A stretch of 62,882 nt of DNA, filler included, from Octopus bimaculoides (Eukaryota), in NCBI RefSeq assembly GCF_001194135.2. It is 5 parts of 5 records of this genome, joined end to end, with 100 filler letters (N's around TTAATTAATTAA, not from the genome) between each part and the next. Parts side by side here need not be neighbours in the genome. Positions count along the whole stretch, not along the records: positions 23,358 to 29,195 come from NW_026434179.1; positions 29,296 to 46,884 come from NC_069008.1; 3 more parts are not named here. One strand, written 5' to 3'. This document shows positions 25,898-38,545 of the stretch, piece by piece. A model generated the notes under the pieces. It had not been told where the DNA came from. It ran no database searches and was given only the letters and a program-made list of their open reading frames with translations. A program made the translations under genes and the position numbers. Position 1 is the stretch's first letter. Every line of letters begins with the position of its first letter.

Positions 25898-26526
25898 TTT
25901 TTTTCTTTTTTTTTTAAGTTTCAGTTTAGAGCTGCGGCCATGCTGATGCACCACCGTGTATATATGTATATATAAAATCAAAATAAGCAACACGGATTTT
26001 AAAAATGATTGCAGTACGCACGTTTCATGCTACTCCATTTATTTAAGTAATGCGAGCATTACATTAAATGCAATATGTAGAGCCTGATAGACTTNNNNNN
26101 NNNNNNNNNNNNNNNNNNNNNNNNNNNNNNNNNNNNNNNNNNNNNNNNNNNNNNNNNNNNNNNNNNNNNNNNNNNNNNNNNNNNNNNNNNNNNNNNNNNN
26201 NNNNNNNNNNNNNNNNNNNNNNNNNNNNNNNNNNNNNNNNNNNNNNNNNNNNNNNNNNNNNNNNNNNNNNNNNNNNNNNNNNNNNNNNNNNNNNNNNNNN
26301 NNNNNNNNNNNNNNNNNNNNNNNNNNNNNNNNNNNNNNNNNNNNNNNNNNNNNNNNNNNNNNNNNNNNNNNNNNNNNNNNNNNNNNNNNNNNNNNNNNNN
26401 NNNNNNNNNNNNNNNNNNNNNNNNNNNNNNNNNNNNNNNNNNNNNNNNNNNNNNNNNNNNNNNNNNNNNNNNNNNNNNNNNNNNNNNNNNNNNNNNNNNN
26501 NNNNNNNNNNNNNNNNNNNNNNNNNN

Positions 26527-26560
<34 letters not shown>

Positions 26561-29295
26561 TCTATGATGTCCAATGGGACGTCGCTCTTAAATTTGACTT
26601 ACATGATGAACTAACCGTTGAAATCATTAGGTAGTATAATCTATTTTGTTTTAAATTCTAAACGTACGAATGAAGTTTAGTGTGAGGAGGTGGTATATAA
26701 GAAGTCAATAATAGATAGTTAACGTAAAGAAATGGTTGTGAAAATAGAAGGATAAGTGTGAGTTAAAGATAAAATACGATGTATATAAGGGACTCATGTT
26801 TGCATAAACATTCATATTAGGTAATATGTATTAACGATAAAGGAGAAAGAAGTAAGTAAAAACATAAAGATAGTTTTTACTATTACAATTAAAATAGAGT
26901 ATGGACTTATTGTGTCTATAAAGATAAAAAATGTGAAATTGCAATTGGAAATAAAGATTAGTATATTTTAAAAAATAAATAAATGTAAGGGAGATAAATG
27001 AGTGGAGGCAGAAGAGCAAAAGAATAAATAATGCTAAGGATATTGATATGTTAGGTTATACAGTTGGTGTGTTTTAGTATATATATAAAAGATTTTAGAG
27101 GTAATAACCTAGCTTAGTATTATTTGAGAAGAATATGTAATGGTAGTAAGGTAGTAGCGGATTTCAATCTGTAGGGGTGTAGTGCCAGTAAGAGTATAAC
27201 AAAAAGTACAAGTCGACGAGTACGTATAAGTGTACAAAAATTTACCCATAATATAGAAGAAATATAATCTAATAAGGATTATTATTATATCTCTGTACGA
27301 AATGATCGTCTGCATGGATTAAACTTCTTATATATTTTAAGAACTTTTCTCCTCCATGTTTAACTAAATTGGTGAGTTTTATTGAACTTCATTCCATAAA
27401 TTCAGCATATATTCTATATATATATATATATATATNNNNNNNNNNNNNNNNNNNNNNNNNNNNNNNNNNNNNNNNNNNNNNNNNNNNNNNNNNNNNNNNN
27501 NNNNNNNNNNNNNNNNNNNNNNNNNNNNNNNNNNNNNNNNNNNNNNNNNNNNNNNNNNNNNNNNNNNNNNNNNNNNNNNNNNNNNNNNNNNNNNNNNNNN
27601 NNNNNNNNNNNNNNNNNNNNNNNNNNNNNNNNNNNNNNNNNNNNNNNNNNNNNNNNNNNNNNNNNNNNNNNNNNNNNNNNNNNNNNNNNNNNNNNNNNNN
27701 NNNNNNNNNNNNNNNNNNNNNNNNNNNNNNNNNNNNNNNNNNNNNNNNNNNNNNNNNNNNNNNNNNNNNNNNNNNNNNNNNNNNNNNNNNNNNNNNNNNN
27801 NTGTATTTTCTGAAATAACTGTGATTTTATCACACGAAGTGCGTTAAAAGTAAATTCTACGCGACAAAATTCAGAACAAGCACCACCCTGACTTTGTAAT
27901 ATGCATCATAAATCACACATATACACACAGGCACACACACACGCATACAAGCGCGCACATGCAAACACATAAACGTATCCATATATACATATGTATATAC
28001 ATATAAACATTGGTAATTGTGTCATATTAGTATTGTCTATTCCACTATTAAAAATGTATGAATGAATTCAAACAACTTTTAGTTAACCAGAAAAATGAAA
28101 TATTTCTATTCTTGTATCATACCCTATATAGCTTGTCGTCCCGCAAACTGATCATGGAAATCCTTGTAAAGTTTGACAGTTCTTCGTCTTTCATATCTTT
28201 TAATAAACTCTTTGGTAAAGAAATGAAGTCCATCATGTCATCGACTTGTGAGTTTGAGTCGTTACGTATCTGGTGGAGGAAAATGGAACAAAAATTGAAA
28301 TTGATACTTAAAAGAAAAATTCTTCTACGACTGAATTTTGTTGACGTCATAAAGATTTTTATAAACGTTTGACAGAACATGAAGTGAAGCAATTATTTCT
28401 TGGAATAGTGGATTTCAAAGCACATAGATAAAGATTTGAAAAATCCTTTGGAAAAGAGTATCCTCACAAGTAGCGTTTGATTTTCCTATTCAAAAATATT
28501 TTTAAGTCACTATTTTCCTGTTATTATTTAGAGTATTATGTGCTTCGAGATCCACTGCAAAAAAGGAATTATTACTATTACGCCTGTTATTGTTTTAGTA
28601 ACTTCTACTTTTTCCACAAATACATTACTGCAACATTACAGTTAACATAACAAATAAAACTCTCATTATCACCCACTGCCACTGCTTCATACACAAGTAA
28701 TCAGAGACGTTCCAACGTTAGTCGACTAATTATTCGTGTATTCAGTAGTTTTCTTCTTATTGTCCCAATATTTGACTTATTTGCGGGTACCTAGTGACAT
28801 GAATACAACGGTATTGTTTACAAGGCCATGGCTATCTCAATCATATTCACCATTTGGTAGTGTTCCCGAAACATTTTGTAACTAAGTGCACACACATATA
28901 AGACAAATGAACACACTCACATAGTTAGACATTACACATTGGCATCAATGTTCCTCCCACTATATTGGCTGACATTCGGATCAAATATATCTTAATAAAA
29001 ATTAGAACAGTTTGCTCTTTTATTCTGTGCGTAGTTAAGAACATGTTTGAAATTGTGTAAGTAGGGATTTCAAAAGGGGTTCAGTAGGTCAACTATCAAA
29101 ATTTCTATTGAATTCAATAAAAGATTTTTAAAAATTGAGTCACATATTTCTTTTCTATTCAGAATATGCTCATCTGTATATATTTGTGGGGGGGGNNNNN
29201 NNNNNNNNNNNNNNNNNNNNNNNNNNNNNNNNNNNNNNNTTAATTAATTAANNNNNNNNNNNNNNNNNNNNNNNNNNNNNNNNNNNNNNNNNNNN

Positions 29296-29426
29296 ATTAG
29301 GCTCCAATCTGATCTGAATTAGGCTCCAATCTGATCTGAATTAGGCTCCAATCTGATCTGAATTAGGCTCCAATCTGATCTGAATTAGGCTCCAATCTGA
29401 TCTGAATTAGGCTCCAATCTGATCTG
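29296..29426. repeat. 22-bp tandem repeat (attaggctccaatctgatctga) x6 running into an RTE-tail-type SINE fragment
   Basis: Direct reading; abuts an assembly gap. Confidence 0.9.
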
Positions 29427-29734
29427 GCAGAGTTTCTACAGCTGGATGCCCTTCCTAACGCTAACCACTCTGATAGTGTAGTGGGTACTTTTACACAAAC
29501 ACACACGCAATTAAACACATATACACACATGTGTATACAGGCTTGTGTGTGTGTATACTTAGCTTCATATACACTAAAATTAACACTGTCTGCTATGGAG
29601 AGTGCCTGCTCTTTGTGGTCACACAACCTGCTAAATATCACAACCAAATCTTCTCTGTCACACTGTACTTTAAACATAAGAAGGACACATTAGAGAATGT
29701 AGTTCAAGGTACACTGGCGTTAATATAAGATTCG

Positions 29735-29900
29735 ATGGCCATGGCTGGAACATCTCTGATCATAAGTCTGTCTAGATCAGGACTGATTTGGGGGTAAATA
29801 AATAAAGAAAACAACAAGGAAGGAGACATTAGATGATGTAGTCCTAGATACACTGTGCCTGAATAAAAGAAGACATGGTGAAAGCTCTGACCTGGGGCTA
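29735..29900 (+). repeat. Dispersed ~125-bp unit repeat, locus 1
   Basis: ggctggaacatct..gatcaggactga..gggg..tagtcctagata; related to 35895-36090 and 43705-44005. Confidence 0.75.
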
Positions 29901-29988
29901 GACGACGACGATGACAATGACAACAACAACAACAACAAGAACAACATGTAGTTTTTACAGAGGTCTGGGACACAAGTTTTATACTCAC

Positions 29989-30079
29989 TCAGGTATTAGA
30001 TACTCCGGAGACGTGTGTTCAATTACGAAGCCAGCTTTTCGTAAATGATCAATGACGGTATGATTGCCCATAAAGTGAC
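29989..30079 (-). CDS. TRABD2: Next coding exon of Tiki/TRABD2, 91 bp, phase 1 to phase 2
   Basis: Acceptor attttttgcag|GTCAC, donor CCTGA|gtgagt. Joined to the previous exon it reads (G)HFMGNHTVIDHLRKAGFVIEHTSPEYLIP, resembling vertebrate GHFMGNNTVLDVLRREGYEVEH. The splice phase is compatible. Confidence 0.93.
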
Positions 30080-30289
30080 CTGCAAAAAATAAGGGTGGAA
30101 TAAGGGTGGTAAGATATCGGTTGAACACACACACACACACACACACAAAAAAATAAAATAAAATAAAGTGGGTAGAATATGAAATATGTATTGCGGAGAG
30201 TTTGGGTAGAGTATAGAGTCAATATTCAACAACAAACAAACTGGACCCTGTTAAAAAAAAAACCGTAAGAGGAAATTTTTGTATGTAAT

Positions 30290-30595
30290 GGGAGAGTCAG
30301 TCCTTTTATATGGAACAACAGTCTGGATGCTAGATGGAATTTACACCCAAATGTAAAGTGCAGCCTTAAACATATCTTGGAGAATTCAACTCACTAAGAA
30401 ACAGCTGTAAGGAAATCTTCTGCCTGTTTCCATCGTGATTAGAGAAAGGTGCTTATGCCTTGTGGGACATTGTTAGTGAGCTAAACCAGAACTAGCAAGT
30501 GACCAACTGCTAGTATGTACATTAAATCATCAAAGACGCTGGGTGCCTCCCTGAAGATCTCCCTCAACTAATGCAGGACCGAGATGGTGGTGTCT
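30290..30595 (+). mobile_element. Decayed RTE/RTE-X-like LINE C-terminus
   Basis: LDGIYTQM*SAALNISWR..LTKKQL*GNL..IRER..GHC...GCLPEDLPQLMQDRDG. Confidence 0.7.
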
Positions 30596-30639
30596 GAGTC
30601 AAATATGGAGAAATTACCAACATGTAGGACGACATGTAG

Positions 30640-31290
30640 GATGGACATAATGCAGGAGATTTTCCCAAAGGTAGCAGGAGACATTTATGCTGTTAGAAGC
30701 CAGCTTCACTCATGGTGTGGGCCACAGTTGCATCTGATGGGTCCAAGTCTTCCTTGATCTTCATCGATGTTGGCGTCAAGGTCAGCAGGGAAGTTTAAGT
30801 GAAAATGCTGGATGAGAAAGTGTTACCCTGGGTTGCAGCCGACTGATATGACGCACAGCTTCTCATCATCACTGTTATACCTGAGCTGTTATAATATCAA
30901 ACATTCCTGGTGTTCTCAATTACTCTCCGAGCTGTGTATCTTCAAGAAGCACTCCGCAATATCTCTATTCAATAATTCCTGCGACCTGCGCACTACGACT
31001 GCGCATATGACACTGTTCCCAGACTGTTCTGCGCATGCTCATTTATACTAACTAGTAGAGTTCACTCAGCCAATCACGGGGGTGTACAGATTCTCCATGC
31101 AGCACCCACACATCCAATTTGGCACAGAGTGGGTGCAAAGAGCATTGCAGTGGTTTTGGGAGACAAGATCATATTGCCTCACTCAAATCCAGACATTAAT
31201 CCCATGGACTTTGGGATCCGGTCCATCTCAGAGAGTAATGTTTCTGCTCAATCCTATTCAAATATATACGGTTAGTCATGTGTATGAACA
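30640..31290 (+). mobile_element. Decayed maT/DD37D-like Tc1/mariner transposase, interrupted by a ~240-bp insert
   Basis: KPASLMVWATVASDGSKSSLIFIDVGVKV..MLDEKVLPW, then after the insert APTH..AQEW / PHSNPDINPMDF (SPDLNP-like). Confidence 0.7.
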
Positions 31291-31377
31291 CACACAAATA
31301 CCTTTATAATATATATGAGTATATGAATGTGTATATATATGTGTGTGCATGTGTGTATGTATCTCCCTCCCCCCCCC

Positions 31378-31423
<46 letters not shown>

Positions 31424-31864
31424 GTATGTGTGTATATGTTTATATTTGTATGTATATATATATGTAGATAAGTATACATATATATATATTTAGATATGTA
31501 TTTGTGTATATAAATGTGTGTGTGTGATGTGTAAACAGGGAATGGTCTTGTGGAGCAGTGTTTCATTCCAGTGGCCATTCCATTGACTGTAAACATCAGT
31601 GGAATGAGACATGCACAGCTGACCGAATGACTGATTGACCAGAACCAGGGCTGGCCTTGCAATCAAACATGTGCTTCATCATTGCAAGGAGAATTGAACA
31701 TGACAAAAGGAGAATTGAACATTTGTCATGTACAGGCATTCCATTAACAGACACACAGACAGACAGACAGATAGGAAGATAGATAGATAGACAGACAGAT
31801 AGATAGGTAGATAGTTAGATAGATAGATAGATAGATGGATAGATAGATGGATAGATAGATAAAC

Positions 31865-32250
31865 TCATTTAAAAGAGGTACCTCATAATTTAAAAGAAGT
31901 ACCTCATAACCAGTTAAGAGAGGGACCTCATAATAAATTAACAGAGGTACCTCATAATAAGTTAAGGTGCCATTTCAACATTTGAAAGAGGTACCTCATA
32001 ATCAGTTAAGATAGGTACTACATCATCATTTAAAAGATGTACCGCTTCATCATTTAAAAGAGATACATCGTTATCAGTTAAGAGAAGTACCTCTTAATCA
32101 GTTAACAGAAGTACCACATCATCATTTAAAAGAGGTACCTCATAATTGGTTAATCATTAGTTAAAAAGAGGTACCTCATAATTGGTTAATCATTAGTTAA
32201 AAAGAGGTACCTCATAATTGGTTAATCATTAGTTAAAAAGGGGTACCACA
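31865..32250. repeat. Minisatellite with palindromic GAGGTACCTC core; ~22-bp degenerate units, then three exact 36-bp units
   Basis: Cores at 32132, 32168, 32204 and 32240 give a period of 36. Confidence 0.9.
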
Positions 32251-32807
32251 TGACCAGATTCAGGCAAATTTCTGTTGCCCGTGGATAATAATGTTGACTC
32301 GTCTACAGTGGAAATTGCTTCACAGAGATTTCCACCAGGTCTGCCTGGCTGTCTGCGGGTGTGGCTCTTTGCTGTCTTAGGATCTCCACATTTGTTGCCA
32401 AAGAACAGATAAAGATTATTAATACGGCAACCAAAAGAGTTACGTCTTGAAACAGAGGAAACTGGGTGGCCAGAACTTGATGTAAAGATTCATATTAGCA
32501 CTATTGTTATCATCATCATCATCATTATTATTATTATTATTGTTGTTTTTCTTCTTATTGTTTTATTCGCTTACTCCAGTAGTAAGAGATACAAAGGCAT
32601 GTACAAATACATACATACGTACATTCATGCACACACACACACAGGTATATATATATATATATATATATACATATGTATGTATGTATATACATACATACAT
32701 ACATACATATATATATGTATATATATATATAGGTAAGAAGGTAGGTAGATATATAGATAAATAAATAAACATGTATATAGATATACAAATGTATACACAT
32801 ATGTATA

Positions 32808-32845
<38 letters not shown>

Positions 32846-33972
32846 AAAGTAAATGAGTATATGCATATATACGTACAGGTATGTGCATACCGACATCCAC
32901 CTGTATGTATAGGTGCATATCTGGGTACAGGACATTGCACACAAACGTAGACGAGAACACACGAGCCACATAGAGAACATTCTACTTCNNNNNNNNNNNN
33001 NNNNNNNNNNNNNNNNNNNNNNNNNNNNNNNNNNNNNNNNNNNNNNNNNNNNNNNNNNNNNNNNNNNNNNNNNNNNNNNNNNNNNNNNNNNNNNNNNNNN
33101 NNNNNNNNNNNNNNNNNNNNNNNNNNNNNNNNNNNNNNNNNNNNNNNNNNNNNNNNNNNNNNNNNNNNNNNNNNNNNNNNNNNNNNNNNNNNNNNNNNNN
33201 NNNNGGAACCGAGAGAGACAGTGGTCCCGTGTGTTACTTGGCGAAAGCCAAGGAAGGAAAGGATTATTGACCGGAAGCATGTGACCATGCCGGTGTAAAG
33301 GGAAGAGAGAGAGTGGTAGAGGGAGAAAGAGAGGGAGGAAGTAGAAGAATGGTGAGCAACGAGAGGAAAAGAGAAAGAGAGGAAATAAGAGGGGGAAAGG
33401 AGATACGTAGTAGTAACAGAGGAAGAACATGAGGGGTAAGGCGAGATACGTAGTAGTACAGAGGAAGAACGAGGGGGGAGAGAAAGGAAAGAGAAAGAGA
33501 TAGAGTAGCGTCGGAGGATAAGTTTACGAACTACATATATATATGAAATACATAAATACAAAAATATACACATACATATATATAAGCATGTATGTGTGTG
33601 TATATATATATATATATGTGCATGTGTATATATACACACATACTCACATGACTATGTGTAACCGCATTCTAAAGATTTTTCTCGTTAGGGTAGAAACAGC
33701 TTCCATGACGGAAGCTCACCAAAAATTGCAGATAAATTGGCAGGCGATAAGGTCACATGATCAACATCCAGCCATGCCCCCCACTCCTCTGCTTTTATTA
33801 TCTAATTTGAGGCGATTAAGATAAGCTAAACGACTATGGGGGTGGGGAGAACGACAGTGTGTATAATGTGAGTACTATATATGTGCATGGAAGTGTGTAC
33901 AGAAATGCACACACTACATTCACATTCATATATACATATGTATGTATGTGTGTGCATATATATATATATATG

Positions 33973-34066
<94 letters not shown>

Positions 34067-34712
34067 NNNNNNNNNNNNNNNNNNNNNNNNNNNNNNNNNN
34101 NNNNNNNNNNNNNNNNNNNNNNNNNNNNNNNNNNNNNNNNNNNNNNNNNNNNNNNNNNNNNNNNNNNNNNNNNNNNNNNNNNNNNNNNNNNNNNNNNNNN
34201 NNNNNNNNNNNNNNNNNNNNNNNNNNNNNNNNNNNNNNNNNNNNNNNNNNNNNNNNNNNNNNNNNNNNNNNNNNNNNNNNNNNNNNNNNNNNNNNNNNNN
34301 NNNNNNNNNNNNNNNNNNNNNNNNNNNNNNNNNNNNNNNNNNNNNNNNNNNNNNNNNNNNNNNNNNNNNNNNNNNNNNNNNNNNNNNNNNNNNNNNNNNN
34401 NNNNNNNNNNNNNNNNNNNNNNNNNNNNNNNNNNNNNNNNNNNNNNNNNNNNNNNNNNNNNNNNNNNNNNNNNNNNNNNNNNNNNNNNNNNNNNNNNNNN
34501 NNNNNNNNNNNNNNNNNNNNNNNNNNNNNNNNNNNNNNNNNNNNNNNNNNATATATATATATATATATAAGCAATAATAAATCTCTGAGCAAGGTACAAA
34601 CAGTAAATGCATGACATCGTGAAGTATATTTGCCACTTAAATGTCGCTAACCCTTAAGGGTGGATCTTACTGTAGCTTGTAGCCCCAGGGAGATATCTCC
34701 TCCAGCTGGCTA

Positions 34713-35150
34713 TATAAATATATAGATTAGTGGTAAAACAAGGCACCAATATTCACTGGAAATAGCAGTTGATACAATTACGATGCTATAATAAATTAAT
34801 ACATTTGTATTGCAACATTTTATTTTTCATTGGAAACTTTTTCACTGTTTTCGGTTCTGTAAACAGCCAAGCGTTCAGGTGAGCATAATTTCTGGCATTG
34901 TCCAGGTAAATGCAACTGAGGAAGACGTATTTGAAGAGTCTGAAACCCAGGTACTGCATTATTTGATTCTGAGTTGTCCATTTATCTAATGTTCTTCCTA
35001 GAGGTAAGACAAATTTTTCATGTTTCTTGCACTCACACGTCTTTGCCAATATATACGCAGAGAAGCTTTATTATAGCATCGTATAAGTATTGACTGCTAT
35101 TTCCAGTGAATATTGGTGCCTTGTTGTTGTACCACTAATCTATATTTATA
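34713..35150. repeat. Inverted repeat with ~83-bp arms (MITE/foldback-like)
   Basis: 34713-34795 is the reverse complement of 35067-35150 apart from a few substitutions and indels. Confidence 0.85.
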
Positions 35151-35230
35151 TTCATACTTCTACCTTTACGGTGCTTTATTTTACTGGAAAGTAATACATT
35201 TGTATTGCAATATTATATATATATATTATA

Positions 35231-35261
<31 letters not shown>

Positions 35262-35823
35262 GACAGATATATATATAGACAGATAGAGAGAGAGATACCT
35301 GNNNNNNNNNNNNNNNNNNNNNNNNNNNNNNNNNNNNNNNNNNNNNNNNNNNNNNNNNNNNNNNNNNNNNNNNNNNNNNNNNNNNNNNNNNNNNNNNNNN
35401 NNNNNNNNNNNNNNNNNNNNNNNNNNNNNNNNNNNNNNNNNNNNNNNNNNNNNNNNNNNNNNNNNNNNNNNNNNNNNNNNNNNNNNNNNNNNNNNNNNNN
35501 NNNNNNNNNNNNNNNNNNNNNNNNNNNNNNNNNNNNNNNNNNNNNNNNNNNNNNNNNNNNNNNNNNNNNNNNNNNNNNNNNNNNNNNNNNNNNNNNNNNN
35601 NNNNNNNNNNNNNNNNNNNNNNNNNNNNNNNNNNNNNNNNNNNNNNNNNNNNNNNNNNNNNNNNNNNNNNNNNNNNNNNNNNNNNNNNNNNNNNNNNNNN
35701 NNNNNNNATATATATATATATATATAAATACATACATACATATACCTATATATACTATCCATCTATCTTTCAATATTTCTATAGGTATATATGTATAAAG
35801 TGATGGACAGCATGTAAAAGCAC

Positions 35824-35861
<38 letters not shown>

Positions 35862-35894
35862 ATAAGGGCAGATGCTACTGTAAGCAACAGGATG

Positions 35895-36090
35895 GTTACC
35901 GCTGGAACATCTTTGAACAAAGGCCTATATGGATCAGGACTGACCTGGGGCTAAACAACAACAACGATGGACACATTAGGTGATGTAGTCCTAGATAGAC
36001 TTATGTCTGAATAAAAGATGGGACGGTCATGGCTGGAACATCTTTGATCATAGATCAACTGGATCAGCATTGACCTGGGGTTAAACAACC
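35895..36090 (+). repeat. Dispersed ~125-bp unit repeat, locus 2
   Basis: About 1.5 tandem units. Confidence 0.75.
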
Positions 36091-36102
36091 ATACTAACCA
36101 CG

Positions 36103-36143
<41 letters not shown>

Positions 36144-37399
36144 CAGCCTGAGTGGTCAGTGAGCCATCTCCACGGCTGTCTGTACTTATGGACAATATGG
36201 TTGTCACTTGTTGTAGTAGTAGCAGCCCTTTAACAGAACTGGCTGTAAAGGTAGTGAAGGTGGTGATGGTGTGAGGAGTAAATATGTGTGTTTGTGTGTG
36301 TCTGTGGAGTTATAGTGGGAGGAGGAGATCAAACAAATAGTCGCCACGCCCCCACGTACTGCATGTCCCTTCCAGCCTTCCCTTGTGATGATGATGATGA
36401 TGATGATGATGATAAATACCAGTAGCAGTAGGTAGCCCCACCAGTAATACCACCACCACCACCATCACCACCACCACCACCATCATCATTACCACCATCA
36501 TCATGATTACCTTAACCTCAAGGTTTAACATAATCTGTGAAGCTACATAGGTGAATCAGAGTCCTAGAGTTTCTTTTATAATACCTACATATANNNNNNN
36601 NNNNNNNNNNNNNNNNNNNNNNNNNNNNNNNNNNNNNNNNNNNNNNNNNNNNNNNNNNNNNNNNNNNNNNNNNNNNNNNNNNNNNNNNNNNNNNNNNNNN
36701 NNNNNNNNNNNNNNNNNNNNNNNNNNNNNNNNNNNNNNNNNNNNNNNNNNNNNNNNNNNNNNNNNNNNNNNNNNNNNNNNNNNNNNNNNNNNNNNNNNNN
36801 NNNNNNNNNNNNNNNNNNNNNNNNNNNNNNNNNNNNNNNNNNNNNNNNNNNNNNNNNNNNNNNNNNNNNNNNNNNNNNNNNNNNNNNNNNNNNNNNNNNN
36901 NNNNNNNNNNNNNNNNNNNNNNNNNNNNNNNNNNNNNNNNNNNNNNNNNNNNNNNNNNNNNNNNNNNNNNNNNNNNNNNNNNNNNNNNNNNNNNNNNNNN
37001 NNNNNNNNNNNNNNNNNNNNNNNNNNNNNNNNNNNNNNNNNNNNNNNNNNNNNNNNNNNNNNNNNNNNNNNNNNNNNNNNNNNNNNNNNNNNNNNNNNNN
37101 NNNNNNNNNNNNNNNNNNNNNNNNNNNNNNNNNNNNNNNNNNNNNNNNNNNNNNNNNNNNNNNNNNNNNNNNNNNNNCCCCCCCCCCACATCGCTTGACA
37201 ACTGATGGTGGTGTGTTTACGTCCCCGTAACTTAGCGGTTCGGCAAAAGAGACCAATAGAATAAGTACTAGGTTTACAAAGAATAAGTCCTGGGGTCGAT
37301 TTGCTCGACTAAAGGCGGTGCTCCAGCATGGCCACAGTCAAATGACTGAAACAAGTAAAAGAGTAAGTCTAGAGTAACCCGTCAGATTAATGTAAAAGA

Positions 37400-37966
37400 C
37401 GAGTTTCCATACAAATAAAGCTATTTTTTGTGTTTGGTGGAATCATAAAGGCATTATTTGTTATGAGCTTCTCCTACAAAGCCAGACCATTAATTCTGAT
37501 GTGTGCTGTGGTCAGTTGGCTGATTTCAATCAAATAAAATTAAAGAATTGAGGCCAGAGATTGCCAAGAGGAGAGCGGTAGTGTTCCAATAAGACAATGC
37601 CTGACCACATGTGTCTTTGGCTGCTCAAACAAAGTTACAGGAACTTGGCTGGAATCTCTTACGCCATCCACCATATTCTCCTGATACTGCACCATCCGAC
37701 TACCAAATTTTTTTTTGTCTCTACAGAATTCATTGCGAGGAAAAACATTTAAAGATTTAGATGGAATCAAAATGCATCTAGATAACTTTTTTTCTTCAAA
37801 ACCGGTCAAGTTTTGTGCTGATGGAATATTTAAATTGCCTGAGAGATGGGCAAAGGTCATCAATAAATAATGGAAATTATTTCATTGAATAAAATTTATT
37901 GAAAGGTCAATTATTTATATCCCTTTTTGCATATTAAAAACACTCAGAACTTTCTGGACAACCTAA
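37400..37966 (+). mobile_element. Mariner transposase 3' half (pseudogene) with right TIR
   Basis: CVWWNHKGII.YELL...DNA*PH...LRHPPYSPDTAPSDY...LPERWAKVI; ends in ...ggacaacctaa. Confidence 0.92.
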
Positions 37967-38457
37967 TTACTTTGCAGTAGATTATAGTTACATAATGAAA
38001 TACCATGTCCCTACAAGTCATCAATGATTACTGACAGTGACTTCGAAGTTTTGGGCTTAGCTCGCTGAAACTTTGATAATAATATTCTTGTTTAAGATTA
38101 ATATATTTGTATAATAAATATAGATGTGTATGATAAATATGTATATTTTTCAAGAAGCTCCCTGATTAATCATGGCACCAGCACCGAGTCTGGCACTGCT
38201 CACCACTCAGTGAATTTGTTACTCTATACACAAGGATAGAGTAAGCCATCGGATTAATGTAAAAATTGTATTTGTTAGAACTGAACATAAAGACAAAAAT
38301 TAATATCTATCAGCCGAACTACCTCCCTCTCCCTCCTTTCCTCCCTCTCGCTATATATATATATTTGTATAAATGTATCTATGTATCCGTGTGTGTGTGT
38401 GTGTGTGCATGTGTGTGTATACATACATATACATACATACATTCACACACACACACA

Positions 38458-38545
<88 letters not shown>

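Noticed and set aside
26003-26045. Minus-strand ATG-gagtag-CAT-GAAAC-GTGC-GTA as another hammerhead
   Set aside because: The CUGANGA half of the core and stem I are not recognisable; too degenerate to call.
29296-32250. 22-bp and 36-bp repeats as CRISPR-like arrays
   Set aside because: The units are contiguous with no unique spacers, the context is eukaryotic and there are no cas genes.
32255-32470. GC-richer block with a short open minus-strand frame inside the Tiki intron
   Set aside because: No clear splice sites, no recognisable homology, and the two confirmed exons already join in frame.
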